The notes under the pieces were generated by a model. It saw only the letters and a program-made list of their open reading frames with translations. It did not search any database and was not told where the DNA came from. The position numbers and the translations under genes were made by a program. Positions 1-9,151 of a stretch of DNA of 64,000 nt are shown here, piece by piece. The DNA lies in contig JBPOFE010000001.1 of assembly GCA_051252035.1 (NCBI GenBank), forward strand, positions 7,694-71,693, given 5' to 3'. This stretch comes from Sulfitobacter sp. GTDB lineage: Bacteria > Pseudomonadota > Alphaproteobacteria > Rhodobacterales > Rhodobacteraceae. Position 1 is the first letter of the stretch; each line of letters opens with the position of its first letter.

Positions 1-225
1 GTTGACCTGCTTACGACATCCGCCAGTACCGATGTGCGTACCGTTTCCGCCAACCGCGTCAATGTGCGTGGCGGACCGGGAACCGATTACGGCGTGGTGA
101 CAAAACTGACGCGCGGCGATGCCGTAGAGATATTGCAAGACAACGGTGACGGCTGGGTCAAGATGCGCACGCTGGACGGTGGCCCCGAAGGTTGGATGGC
201 CGATTTTCTGTTGGTCGGTGGCTAA
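1..225 (+). CDS. SH3 domain-containing protein (bacterial SH3_3), 5'-truncated by window edge
   Basis: Frame open from base 1; VNVRGGPGTDY...GWVKMR...GWM is the SH3b pattern. Confidence 0.85.
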   Translation, partial: VDLLTTSASTDVRTVSANRVNVRGGPGTDYGVVTKLTRGDAVEILQDNGDGWVKMRTLDGGPEGWMADFLLVGG

Positions 226-258
226 GCCACGTTGTAATCCCTGCAACAACGCGCAATC

Positions 259-287
259 AAAGGCCTCCAACATCGGGGGGCCTTTTT
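259..287 (+). terminator. Intrinsic terminator-like hairpin after SH3 gene, abutting the SDR start
   Basis: AAAGGCCTCC-aacatc-GGGGGGCCTTT followed by TT, then ATG at 289. Confidence 0.5.
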
Positions 288-288
288 C

Positions 289-1116
289 ATGTCTAGCAAA
301 ACTATCCTGATCACAGGCTGCTCCAGCGGCATCGGATACGCCGCCGCCCACGAATTGCGCGCACGCGGCTGGCGGGTTTTCGCGGCGTGCCGCCAGCAGA
401 CCGATTGTGACCGCCTCAGCGACGAAGGATTTGACGCGCCATTGTTGGATTACACCAACGAGGTCAGCATCCATGCGGCACTGGCGCATGTCTTGGAACA
501 AACCGGTGGCACTTTGGACGCGCTTTTCAACAATGGGGCCTATGCTTTGCCCGGTGCGGTTGAGGATCTGCCAACCGACGGGTTGCGCGCCACATTCGAG
601 GCAAACTTTTTTGGTTGGCACACCCTGACGCGCGCGGCAATCCCGGTGATGCGCGCGCAAGGCCATGGTCGCATTGTGCAATGTTCATCCGTATTGGGCT
701 TTGTCGCGATGCCGTGGCGCGGGGCGTATAATGCCACCAAATTCGCACTTGAGGGGCTCACCGACACATTGCGCATGGAAATGCGCGACACCAATGTCAA
801 AGTGGCCTTGATCGAACCTGGTCCGATCACATCAAAATTCCGGGCAAATTCGATTCTACAATATGAACGTTGGATCGACTGGAAATCATCTGCCCGCGCG
901 GTTCAATACGAGACTGAGTTGAACAAGCGTCTGTATGCCTCTACCAGCTCCGACACATTTGAACTCTCTCCTGATGCAGTCGTCAAAAAACTGATCCATG
1001 CGATCGAACACCCTCGCCCAAAAGCGCGGTATTACGTCACAATCCCCACATATTTTTCAGGGTTTTTGCGCCGTATTCTGCCGACACGGGCGCTTGATTG
1101 GGTGATGGGGCGCTAA
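289..1116 (+). CDS. Short-chain dehydrogenase/reductase (SDR)
   Basis: TGCSSGIG Rossmann motif, NNGA, catalytic YNATK. Confidence 0.95.
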   Translation: MSSKTILITGCSSGIGYAAAHELRARGWRVFAACRQQTDCDRLSDEGFDAPLLDYTNEVSIHAALAHVLEQTGGTLDALFNNGAYALPGAVEDLPTDGLRATFEANFFGWHTLTRAAIPVMRAQGHGRIVQCSSVLGFVAMPWRGAYNATKFALEGLTDTLRMEMRDTNVKVALIEPGPITSKFRANSILQYERWIDWKSSARAVQYETELNKRLYASTSSDTFELSPDAVVKKLIHAIEHPRPKARYYVTIPTYFSGFLRRILPTRALDWVMGR

Positions 1117-1174
1117 AAAAGGTTGCACAGCACCACCTGCCCGCTACATCTGCGGGTAAGCAAAGGATAGTTTC

Positions 1175-1369
1175 ATGCCCTCTGATCCGCTTTTTATCAT
1201 CGTCATACTGGCCGTGCTGGCCGTTGTTGTCGTACTGATGTTCGGCCTTGGCGGTTATGCCGGGGGCGGTGCATTCAACAAACGCAACGCCAACAAAATC
1301 ATGCGCCTGCGCATCATCGCACAATTCATCGCGGTGCTGCTGATCGTTGCATACGTCTATTTGCGATAA
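1175..1369 (+). CDS. Twin-transmembrane-helix small protein (HIG1-like)
   Basis: 64 aa, two hydrophobic helices flanking NKIMRLRIIAQ; usual position upstream of the PduO-type gene. Confidence 0.85.
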   Translation: MPSDPLFIIVILAVLAVVVVLMFGLGGYAGGGAFNKRNANKIMRLRIIAQFIAVLLIVAYVYLR

Positions 1370-1381
1370 GGGTTAGGGCCG

Positions 1382-1954
1382 ATGGTTGTTCTCAACAAGA
1401 TTTACACACGTACCGGTGATGCGGGCACAACCGCGCTTGGCAATGGCGACCGCGTGGCCAAACACAATGCGCGGGTTGAGGCATACGGCACCTCGGACGA
1501 ATTGAACTGTTTTGTCGGTGTGGCCCGGCTTGAGGCGACGGGCGAGACCGACAACGCATTGTCACGCATTCAAAACGACCTTTTTGATCTGGGGGCAGAT
1601 CTGTGTCGCCCCGACATGGATGCAGACAAAGACGCCGAATATCCACCTTTGCGCATGGCCCCCGAACAGGTGGAGCGCCTTGAACGCGAAATTGATGTGA
1701 TGAACGCCGACCTCGAGCCGCTTCGCAGCTTCATCCTGCCAGGTGGTAAACCATTGGCAGCACATCTGCATGTCTGCCGTACCGTTGCGCGCCGTGCTGA
1801 AAGACTGGCGGTTTTATTGGCTGAAGATGTGCCGATCAACCCGGCAGCCATAAAATACCTCAACCGCCTCAGTGATTGGTTCTTTGTCGCGGCGCGTATG
1901 GCGAATAACGGCGGCAAAGATGATGTGTTGTGGATTCCCGGCGCAAACCGCTGA
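1382..1954 (+). CDS. pduO: Cob(I)alamin adenosyltransferase, PduO type
   Basis: KIYTRTGDAGTT, RVEAYGTSDELN, RTVARRAER, YLNRLSDWFF motifs. Confidence 0.95.
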   Translation: MVVLNKIYTRTGDAGTTALGNGDRVAKHNARVEAYGTSDELNCFVGVARLEATGETDNALSRIQNDLFDLGADLCRPDMDADKDAEYPPLRMAPEQVERLEREIDVMNADLEPLRSFILPGGKPLAAHLHVCRTVARRAERLAVLLAEDVPINPAAIKYLNRLSDWFFVAARMANNGGKDDVLWIPGANR

Positions 1955-1963
1955 CCGCGATTT

Positions 1964-2329
1964 TCACGTCGTTTCAGGCTCCCAAAGCTCAATTGCATTG
2001 CCTTCTGGATCGCTCAAATGAGCAAACTTCCCGATCCCCGGCATGTCATCCAAGCGCGTCACATCAATGTCTGCGCCGATAAGTTGTTCGATCATTGCGT
2101 CCAGATCGGCCACCCGAAAGTTCATCATGAACATCTTGCCAGCCGCAAAGTAATCCGTATCCGCAGCAAAGGGCGCAAATACCGTTGGTCCGCCTTTTGC
2201 CATCCACGGCAGGGTTTCTGCATCTGTCGGCACGGGATCAATACCAAGATGATCATGATACCATTTGGCCAGTTGTTGCGGATCATCTGACCGAAAGAAA
2301 AATCCACCAAATCCTAAAACCTTTTGCAC
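1964..2329 (-). CDS. VOC/glyoxalase family protein
   Basis: GTG start at 2329 after AAGGAG; GFGGFFFRSDDP...WY, NFRVADLD, DPEGNAIELWEP. Confidence 0.85.
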   Translation of the reverse strand: MQKVLGFGGFFFRSDDPQQLAKWYHDHLGIDPVPTDAETLPWMAKGGPTVFAPFAADTDYFAAGKMFMMNFRVADLDAMIEQLIGADIDVTRLDDMPGIGKFAHLSDPEGNAIELWEPETT

Positions 2330-2519
2330 GTCGTTCTCCTTATTGACCTTGGGCGGATCAAAGGTGGCGCTAACAGCGTTCCAGACGTTACGTTTGTGGC
2401 GCAATGTCGCGTAATAATGACGATTTTCCTCTGTTTTACCGCACCTGAACATTATATCACCACACAAGAGTTTCGGAATGCCGGATTTGCGGCGCCCAAA
2501 ATTGAGGAGAAAGACGCTC

Positions 2520-3278
2520 ATGAAGGTATTGGTACCTGTCAAACGCGTGATCGACTACAACGTGAAAGTACGCGTCAAAGCGGACGGATCGGGTGTTGAT
2601 CTTGCTAACGTAAAAATGTCGATGAACCCGTTTGACGAAATTTCCGTCGAACAGGCGATCCGCCTGAAAGAAGCGGGGCAAGCCGACGAGATTGTCGTGG
2701 TTTCCATCGGCGTCAAGCAAAGCCAGGAAACCCTGCGCACCGCTTTGGCGATGGGCGCGGACCGTGCCATTCTGGTTGTCGCAACTGATGATGTACACAA
2801 CGACATTGAGCCACTGGCGGTTGCCAAAATCCTCAAAGCGATTGTGGATGAGGAAAAGCCCGGTCTGGTTTTAACGGGCAAGCAAGCGATCGACAACGAC
2901 ATGAACGCCACGGGCCAAATGTTGTCTGCCCTGCTGGGTTGGTCACAGGCCAGTTTTGCGTCAGAGCTTGCCATTGAAGGCGATCATGCGGTTGTCACAC
3001 GCGAAGTGGACGGCGGCTTGCAGACCATCAAAGTGACGATGCCAACCGTTGTCACCGTCGACTTGCGCCTCAATGAGCCGCGCTATGCGTCATTGCCAAA
3101 CATCATGAAGGCCAAGAAAAAGCCATTGGATGAAAAGACACCCGAAGATTACGGTGTGGACGCCTCCAACCGCCTTGAAATCGTTAAAACGGTCGAACCT
3201 GAAGCACGTGCCGCAGGCATCAAGGTGGCATCAGTTGACGAATTGGTCGAGAAACTCAAAGAAGCGGGGGCTGTGTAA
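2520..3278 (+). CDS. etfB: Electron transfer flavoprotein beta subunit
   Basis: [45 protein letters not shown]. Confidence 0.98.
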   Translation: MKVLVPVKRVIDYNVKVRVKADGSGVDLANVKMSMNPFDEISVEQAIRLKEAGQADEIVVVSIGVKQSQETLRTALAMGADRAILVVATDDVHNDIEPLAVAKILKAIVDEEKPGLVLTGKQAIDNDMNATGQMLSALLGWSQASFASELAIEGDHAVVTREVDGGLQTIKVTMPTVVTVDLRLNEPRYASLPNIMKAKKKPLDEKTPEDYGVDASNRLEIVKTVEPEARAAGIKVASVDELVEKLKEAGAV

Positions 3279-4204
3279 TGGCTGTTCTACTCCTTGCAGA
3301 AGTAACCGATGGCGAATTGGCGATGGACGCCACAGCCAAGGCTGTGACTGCTGCCAAGCAATTGGGCGATGTGACGGCACTCTGCTGTGGTGGCTCCGCC
3401 GCCGCCGCTGGTGACGCCGCTGCCAAGATTGATGGCGTGTCCAAAGTTCTGGTCGCCGAAGATGAATCATTGGGCCACCGTCTTGCGGAATCTACTGCCG
3501 CGCTGATCGTATCGCTGGCTGGCGACTATGATCACATCGTTGCACCCGCCACGACAGACGCGAAAAACGTGATGCCGCGCGTTGCAGCGCTGCTAGATGT
3601 GCAGATCATCTCCGACGCGTCTGGCGTTGTGGATGCCGACACATTCGAACGCCCGATCTATGCGGGTAACGCCGTGCAAACGGTCAAATCCGGCGATGCG
3701 AAAAAGGTCATCACCTTCCGCACATCGACATTCGATGCGGCCGGTGACGGCGGTTCAGCCTCGGTTGAAACCATCGGTGCCGTGGCGAACCCCGGCCTGT
3801 CCGAATGGGTCGAAGACAAAGTCGCCGAATCTGACCGTCCAGAACTCACATCCGCTGGCGTCGTGGTTTCAGGCGGTCGTGGTGTCGGGTCCGAGGATGA
3901 TTTTGCTCTGATTGAAAAACTTGCTGACAAACTGGGTGCCGCCGTTGGTGCATCCCGTGCTGCCGTTGACAGTGGCTATGCCCCGAACGACTGGCAAGTT
4001 GGTCAGACGGGCAAAGTCGTGGCACCTGATCTCTATGTCGCGGTCGGCATTTCGGGCGCTATTCAGCACCTTGCCGGTATGAAGGACAGCAAGATCATCG
4101 TCGCCATCAACAAAGACGAAGAAGCACCGATTTTCCAAGTTGCCGACTTTGGCTTGGTTGCAGATTTGTTCGAGGCTGTACCCGCGCTGATCGAGAAGCT
4201 ATAA
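3278..4204 (+). CDS. etfA: Electron transfer flavoprotein alpha subunit
   Basis: [35 protein letters not shown]; TAATG coupling to etfB. Confidence 0.98.
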   Translation: MAVLLLAEVTDGELAMDATAKAVTAAKQLGDVTALCCGGSAAAAGDAAAKIDGVSKVLVAEDESLGHRLAESTAALIVSLAGDYDHIVAPATTDAKNVMPRVAALLDVQIISDASGVVDADTFERPIYAGNAVQTVKSGDAKKVITFRTSTFDAAGDGGSASVETIGAVANPGLSEWVEDKVAESDRPELTSAGVVVSGGRGVGSEDDFALIEKLADKLGAAVGASRAAVDSGYAPNDWQVGQTGKVVAPDLYVAVGISGAIQHLAGMKDSKIIVAINKDEEAPIFQVADFGLVADLFEAVPALIEKL

Positions 4205-4237
4205 GTTTCATTCGGGACAGTCCCGACATGATACAAT

Positions 4238-4269
4238 CAAAAGGCCCGCCAGAATCGGCGGGCCTTTTT
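4238..4269. terminator. Bidirectional intrinsic terminator between etfA and the DUF6473-like gene
   Basis: AAAAGGCCCGCC-agaatc-GGCGGGCCTTTT with A/T tracts on both sides. Confidence 0.9.
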
Positions 4270-4273
4270 GCTT

Positions 4274-5107
4274 TTATTCCAACGCATTAATCGCATCGAT
4301 CAATACCTCTGTTGCTTCAGTATGGGCGTCTGGCCCCATCATTTCCGCTGCCGCCATCGCCTCCATCTGACTAAAGATCATCCCTTTCGTGCCTGCTGAT
4401 ATGGCCTGTTTTGACACAACCACCTCAACAACTTTCGTGGCATAGGGCGTAATTTCGTCCATCATCTCGCGGGTCAAAAACAGCGGATCAGTCCCCAAAC
4501 CGTTATTATCCAACTCAGCGTTCGGCGGCGGTGCGTGATCCGCCATCCACAATAAAATGGTCTTGCCCTTGATCTGTCCAAGCAATAACCGCATGCGCGC
4601 CAGCCAAGCCTGTTGCAGTTCTGATCGCACTGTCTCAAACCGATCTGGTGAGACTGTAATCAGGCGGTTCAACATATGTTTGGTAAAGTGAAAATCGGCA
4701 AAATCCACCTCGCGATAAATCGTGCGCAGCAGTTGTGACGCAGAAACAAACCGATCATTGCGACGCGGATGCACAGCATAGAACCGATTGGTCATATTCT
4801 GCGCGCCAAGGACCTGAATGACCGATATCTTGGCCCTATTGGCCACGTTGATCACAACGGGGTCATGCGCAAATGCATCTATGCCAGCGTTTGGAAAACC
4901 AAAATTGGCACAGGTTGTGCCAATGACCTTTTCGATCTGCGTCGGAAAAGGACTCTCAATAAATTTTCCATAAGTCTCTGTGCCGCCAATAAACGCCAGA
5001 TAGGGTGCTTCCAAATCTCGCTTTGGTCCGCGGAACAGCAATTTTGAAGTGCCATATCGGCACGGTAAATAATCAAGGGCCCCCGGCCCCAACATATCAT
5101 AGGTCAT
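4274..5107 (-). CDS. Conserved Rhodobacterales protein (DUF6473-like)
   Basis: Long ORF starting MTYDMLGPGALDYLPCRYG; family assignment recalled, not searched. Confidence 0.7.
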   Translation of the reverse strand: MTYDMLGPGALDYLPCRYGTSKLLFRGPKRDLEAPYLAFIGGTETYGKFIESPFPTQIEKVIGTTCANFGFPNAGIDAFAHDPVVINVANRAKISVIQVLGAQNMTNRFYAVHPRRNDRFVSASQLLRTIYREVDFADFHFTKHMLNRLITVSPDRFETVRSELQQAWLARMRLLLGQIKGKTILLWMADHAPPPNAELDNNGLGTDPLFLTREMMDEITPYATKVVEVVVSKQAISAGTKGMIFSQMEAMAAAEMMGPDAHTEATEVLIDAINALE

Positions 5108-5266
5108 CACACCCACCTTTTTTAACTCACCCACAGACAAGATGCAGCAATGGGTCCTGCGATTTCCTTAATGCGCGATTTTAACACGACTTTTAGCCAA
5201 CCCCCGCCCTTGCGGCCCCACCCTCACGCGCCGTATTATAGAAACGTAGCAGCAAAGGACGCGGGC

Positions 5267-6142
5267 ATGAGCATCCAGTCAATCGGAGTCGTTGGAGCGG
5301 GGCAAATGGGCAATGGTATTGCCCATGTGATGGCCTTGGCGGGCTATGATGTCATGCTGACAGATGTGAGCGCCGAGGCGTTGGAAAGCGCAATGGAGAT
5401 CATGGGCGGCAACATGGATCGCCAAGTCAGCCGCGAAAAGATTACCTCAGCTGACCGCGACGCAGCACTTGGCCGGATCAAAACCACGCAAACCCTTTCC
5501 GACTTGGGTCAATGTGACCTGATCATCGAATCCGCGACAGAGCGTGAGACCGTTAAACAGGCGATTTTCGAAGACTTGCTGCCGCACTTGAAACCCGAAA
5601 CCATTCTAACCTCTAATACTTCCTCGATCTCAATCACCCGGTTGGCCAGCCGCACCGACCGCCCCGAAAAGTTCATGGGATTCCATTTCATGAACCCGGT
5701 TCCGGTGATGCAATTGGTCGAATTGATCCGCGGCATTGCCACGGACGAGCCGACTTATAATGCCTGCAAAGAGGTCGTTGACCGCCTGGGCAAAACCGCC
5801 GCCTCAGCCGAAGATTTCCCAGCCTTTATCGTCAACCGCATCCTGATGCCAATGATCAATGAGGCGGTTTATACCCTCTATGAAGGGGTCGGGAATGTGA
5901 AATCTATCGACGATTCGATGAAATTGGGTGCGAACCACCCGATGGGGCCGCTGGAACTCGCAGATTTTATCGGGTTGGATACTTGCCTTGCGATCATGAA
6001 TGTCTTGCATGACGGGTTGGCGGATACGAAGTATCGGCCCTGTCCCCTGCTCACCAAATATGTCGAAGCCGGATGGTTGGGTCGCAAGACCCAGCGCGGG
6101 TTTTACGATTATCGGGGTGATGAACCTGTTCCGACGCGCTGA
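5267..6142 (+). CDS. hbd: 3-hydroxybutyryl-CoA dehydrogenase
   Basis: GAGQMGNGIA, SNTSSISI, HFMNPVP, FIVNRIL, NHPMGPL. Confidence 0.95.
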   Translation: MSIQSIGVVGAGQMGNGIAHVMALAGYDVMLTDVSAEALESAMEIMGGNMDRQVSREKITSADRDAALGRIKTTQTLSDLGQCDLIIESATERETVKQAIFEDLLPHLKPETILTSNTSSISITRLASRTDRPEKFMGFHFMNPVPVMQLVELIRGIATDEPTYNACKEVVDRLGKTAASAEDFPAFIVNRILMPMINEAVYTLYEGVGNVKSIDDSMKLGANHPMGPLELADFIGLDTCLAIMNVLHDGLADTKYRPCPLLTKYVEAGWLGRKTQRGFYDYRGDEPVPTR

Positions 6143-6164
6143 TATATCAGGTCGTTAATGGGTA

Positions 6165-7055
6165 TCAGTCTTTGAGCGCCAAGGTCTGCGCCCGCAGCCA
6201 CGCCATGAACCCGCGGGGATCGTCGGCATGTTTGTCAATCTCTTCTTGAGCAATCGGGTGCCCCACAATTGGTCCTTGGGGTTTGTTACAGCTGTGAACA
6301 ATTTCATGCAGCAATAAGCCCTGACGCAACATTGGGCTGAGCTTATTGGCGATCTGATAGGCGCGGCTGTTCTGTCCGGGGAATTTCATCGGCACCACAG
6401 TCGCCCCTGACCGCCTGATCATTTTGGCCGTAAACACATTCCATTCCGCTTCGACTGCAGGGCCGAACCAAGTCTCTGATGTCGCCACAACACCCGACGG
6501 GAACAGGGCAACCACACCGCCCTCTTTCAGATGCGCCATCGCCTTGGCGCGCATTTCAACGCCCTTGCGCTGCGCATCGGGATCATGTGGAAACGGCACC
6601 GGGATCATATAGCTGCCCGCGACCTCATCAATTGAGGTCAACAGCGAGCGCGTCAAAATGCGATAATCAGGTCGGACACGCCCAATCAGATCGGCAAAGA
6701 TCATGCCGTCGACCATGCCGTGCGGGTGGTTTGCCACAACCACCACCGGCCCTGTCTTGGGGATACGGTCCAATTGCGATTGCGGCGTGGTCAGGTCTAT
6801 CCCCATGGTATCAAGCGCCGCACGCCAAAATCCTTGTCCCGAAGGCGCACCGCGTTTTTCAAATTTACGGATCAGGCGCAAAACGGTCAGCTTACCAGTG
6901 AAAAATTCCATCACGCTGATGATGCGGGATTTTATCGGATCATCAAAAGTGGAGGCATAGGACAAGCTGCGCCGATCATATGTGTTGAAAGACACAGTGC
7001 CGTCGTCAGTCACTTTATCTGCATCAACTTTTTCGTTCTGCGTCTTATCATCCAA
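6165..7055 (-). CDS. Lysophospholipid acyltransferase family protein
   Basis: VVVANHPHGMVDG (NHxxxxD), LFPSG, VVP acyltransferase blocks. Confidence 0.85.
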   Translation of the reverse strand: MDDKTQNEKVDADKVTDDGTVSFNTYDRRSLSYASTFDDPIKSRIISVMEFFTGKLTVLRLIRKFEKRGAPSGQGFWRAALDTMGIDLTTPQSQLDRIPKTGPVVVVANHPHGMVDGMIFADLIGRVRPDYRILTRSLLTSIDEVAGSYMIPVPFPHDPDAQRKGVEMRAKAMAHLKEGGVVALFPSGVVATSETWFGPAVEAEWNVFTAKMIRRSGATVVPMKFPGQNSRAYQIANKLSPMLRQGLLLHEIVHSCNKPQGPIVGHPIAQEEIDKHADDPRGFMAWLRAQTLALKD

Positions 7056-7089
7056 ACTGGATCACCTTTTCAGACCGTTCATCAGGCTT

Positions 7090-7359
7090 TTAGAAGCCTT
7101 CGCCGAATTTATCCGCAACAAGTGCGGTCAGAGCCTCGGCTAATGCATCAGCATCCGGGCCAGAGGTCTGAACCTCAATAATGGTTCCCCGTGAGGCTGC
7201 CAACATCAAAAGCCCCATGATGCTGTCACCTGACGCCGACATGCCATCTTTGCTGACCTCTGCGCGGGCGTCAAATGCCTCTACCACTTCGACCAACTTG
7301 GCTGACGCACGCGCGTGCAGACCCTTTTCATTCACGATCTTCAGAGAAACTTCAGTCAT
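7090..7359 (-). CDS. ptsH: HPr/NPr phosphocarrier
   Basis: GLHARAS (His15) and SIMGLLML (Ser46). Confidence 0.95.
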   Translation of the reverse strand: MTEVSLKIVNEKGLHARASAKLVEVVEAFDARAEVSKDGMSASGDSIMGLLMLAASRGTIIEVQTSGPDADALAEALTALVADKFGEGF

Positions 7360-7373
7360 TCAAATTGGGCCTT

Positions 7374-7766
7374 TTAACCTGCACTGACATTTTGGCTGTC
7401 GATATATTTCTTACCTGCCTCAAGGGCAGTCCGCACAGCGTCCGGCACGTCCATTTGACGGGATTTTGCAAGTTTGATCAGCATCGGTAGGTTCGCACCA
7501 TAAATGATCCGTCGATTCTCCGGGCGGCATGCCAGCAAGCTGAGATTAGAAGGCGAGCCACCAAATAGATCGGTCACCACCACAACGCCAGAACCTTGAT
7601 CAACCTCATTGGCGGCAACGCAAATTTCGCGTTCCTTTTCTGTACGGTCGTGATCTGCCTGAATGGCAATCGCGCGCACACCGATCTGTGAACCCACAAC
7701 ATGTTCAATGGCCGCAAGATATTCCTGCGCCAAACCACCATGTGCAACTATCACAATTCCGATCAC
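7374..7766 (-). CDS. PTS EIIA component, mannose type
   Basis: IVIVAHG, TDLFGGSPSN, GANLPML. Confidence 0.93.
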   Translation of the reverse strand: MIGIVIVAHGGLAQEYLAAIEHVVGSQIGVRAIAIQADHDRTEKEREICVAANEVDQGSGVVVVTDLFGGSPSNLSLLACRPENRRIIYGANLPMLIKLAKSRQMDVPDAVRTALEAGKKYIDSQNVSAG

Positions 7767-7778
7767 GTCATACCCATT

Positions 7779-8696
7779 TCAGGATTCCGGCTTTTCGATG
7801 TGCTGGCGATCCAGCTCGCGATGCCTAATTGACACTTGCCAGCCCTGTTCTGCAAGGCTCAAAGCGTGGCTTTCGGCAACAGTCACAGAACGATGTTGTC
7901 CGCCCGTGCAACCAAATGCGATTGAAAGGTGCGATTTTCCCTCATCGCGATAAGCGGGCAGTAACAATGCACTCAACTCAAGTACTTTGGTCACAAATGC
8001 GTCGTACCGCGCGTCTTGCGCTACATAGTTTGCCACCCGATGATCCGTACCATTCAGCGTTCGCAGGTTACTGTCCCAATAGGGATTACGCAAAAACCGA
8101 CAATCATGGACGATATCCACGCTACGCGGCAGTCCGCGTTTATAGGAAAAAGATTGCACAGAAACGCTGAGGTGGCGTTTTCCCGACGGGGCGAACCAAT
8201 GTTCCACTTCGGCGCGCAACTCGTGTACATTCAGGTTGGTTGTGTCGATCAACACATCGGCACGTGCGCGGATCGGATGCAACAGATCCTGCTCGCGCCG
8301 AATACCCTCAGCGGGGCGGTCATCAGGCGCCAGCGGGTGACGGCGACGCGTTTCAGAAAAGCGGCGCAAAAGGACATCTGTTGAACAATCCAAATACAGC
8401 AGCTCAACCACCAACCCTGCGCGGGTCGACAATTGCCCCATCAGGTCCAAGACACCATTTGTCGAAAAATCCCGGTTGCGGGCATCAATGCCCAACGCAA
8501 CTGACCTGTCCTGATTTGGACCATCCAGCAAGGCCGGCAGCAGACGCAAGGGCAGGTTGTCTATCGCCTCAAATCCCGCATCTTCAAGCGCATTTAACGC
8601 AGATGTACGGCCAGCACCTGATGGCCCGGTGACAAGCACAAAGCGGCGATGGCTTGGACCCATTTGAGGGTTGTCGGAGGTATCAGCGTTGGTCAT
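7779..8696 (-). CDS. rapZ: RNase adapter RapZ
   Basis: TGPSGAGR, DNLP, SFSYKRG, DCRFLRNP, GCTGGQHRSV. Confidence 0.95.
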   Translation of the reverse strand: MTNADTSDNPQMGPSHRRFVLVTGPSGAGRTSALNALEDAGFEAIDNLPLRLLPALLDGPNQDRSVALGIDARNRDFSTNGVLDLMGQLSTRAGLVVELLYLDCSTDVLLRRFSETRRRHPLAPDDRPAEGIRREQDLLHPIRARADVLIDTTNLNVHELRAEVEHWFAPSGKRHLSVSVQSFSYKRGLPRSVDIVHDCRFLRNPYWDSNLRTLNGTDHRVANYVAQDARYDAFVTKVLELSALLLPAYRDEGKSHLSIAFGCTGGQHRSVTVAESHALSLAEQGWQVSIRHRELDRQHIEKPES

Positions 8697-9139
8697 TGGG
8701 CCCTATCTAGGGTGCTATGCACATAAAGCCAAATCGCAGCTGCAAAATGCGGGCTTGGCGCATTGTGAAAGCAGCGCAAAGATATGCCAAGGATCGTATG
8801 GGTATGCGTCGCAGGCAGACGTTGTTTTTCAAGTTGTGACAGATCAATGACCAAAGCCAAAGGTGTGGGCCCGACATATGGCGCAGCTATCAATCCGACA
8901 CCGCGCGCCTCGATCAACCCCGAAATGGCGCTTGGCACACTGGCGATCAGCATTTGCTTTTGGAGCGTTATTTGCGTGCGGTCGTCCGCAACCAAACCCC
9001 CACCAAGGGCAAGCAATTGCAATGCCAGTGATGACTTTCCGCTACCGGATGGCCCGACAATCAATATACCCCTGCCGTTGATCGAAACGGTGGTTGCATG
9101 CATTATTTCGGAATTGTCGGTCATGGCCTTTTGCTGCAT
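8693..9139 (-). CDS. hprK: HPr kinase/phosphorylase, short alphaproteobacterial form
   Basis: HATTV, GPSGSGKS, LVADD, GLIEARGVG; lies between chvG and rapZ. Confidence 0.9.
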   Translation of the reverse strand: MQQKAMTDNSEIMHATTVSINGRGILIVGPSGSGKSSLALQLLALGGGLVADDRTQITLQKQMLIASVPSAISGLIEARGVGLIAAPYVGPTPLALVIDLSQLEKQRLPATHTHTILGISLRCFHNAPSPHFAAAIWLYVHSTLDRAQ

Positions 9140-9151
9140 CTACCCAAGTTC

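Noticed and set aside
5168-5185. TTAA-N9-TTAAC between DUF6473-like gene and hbd
   Set aside because: Spacing is 9, not the 7 needed for a CtrA box
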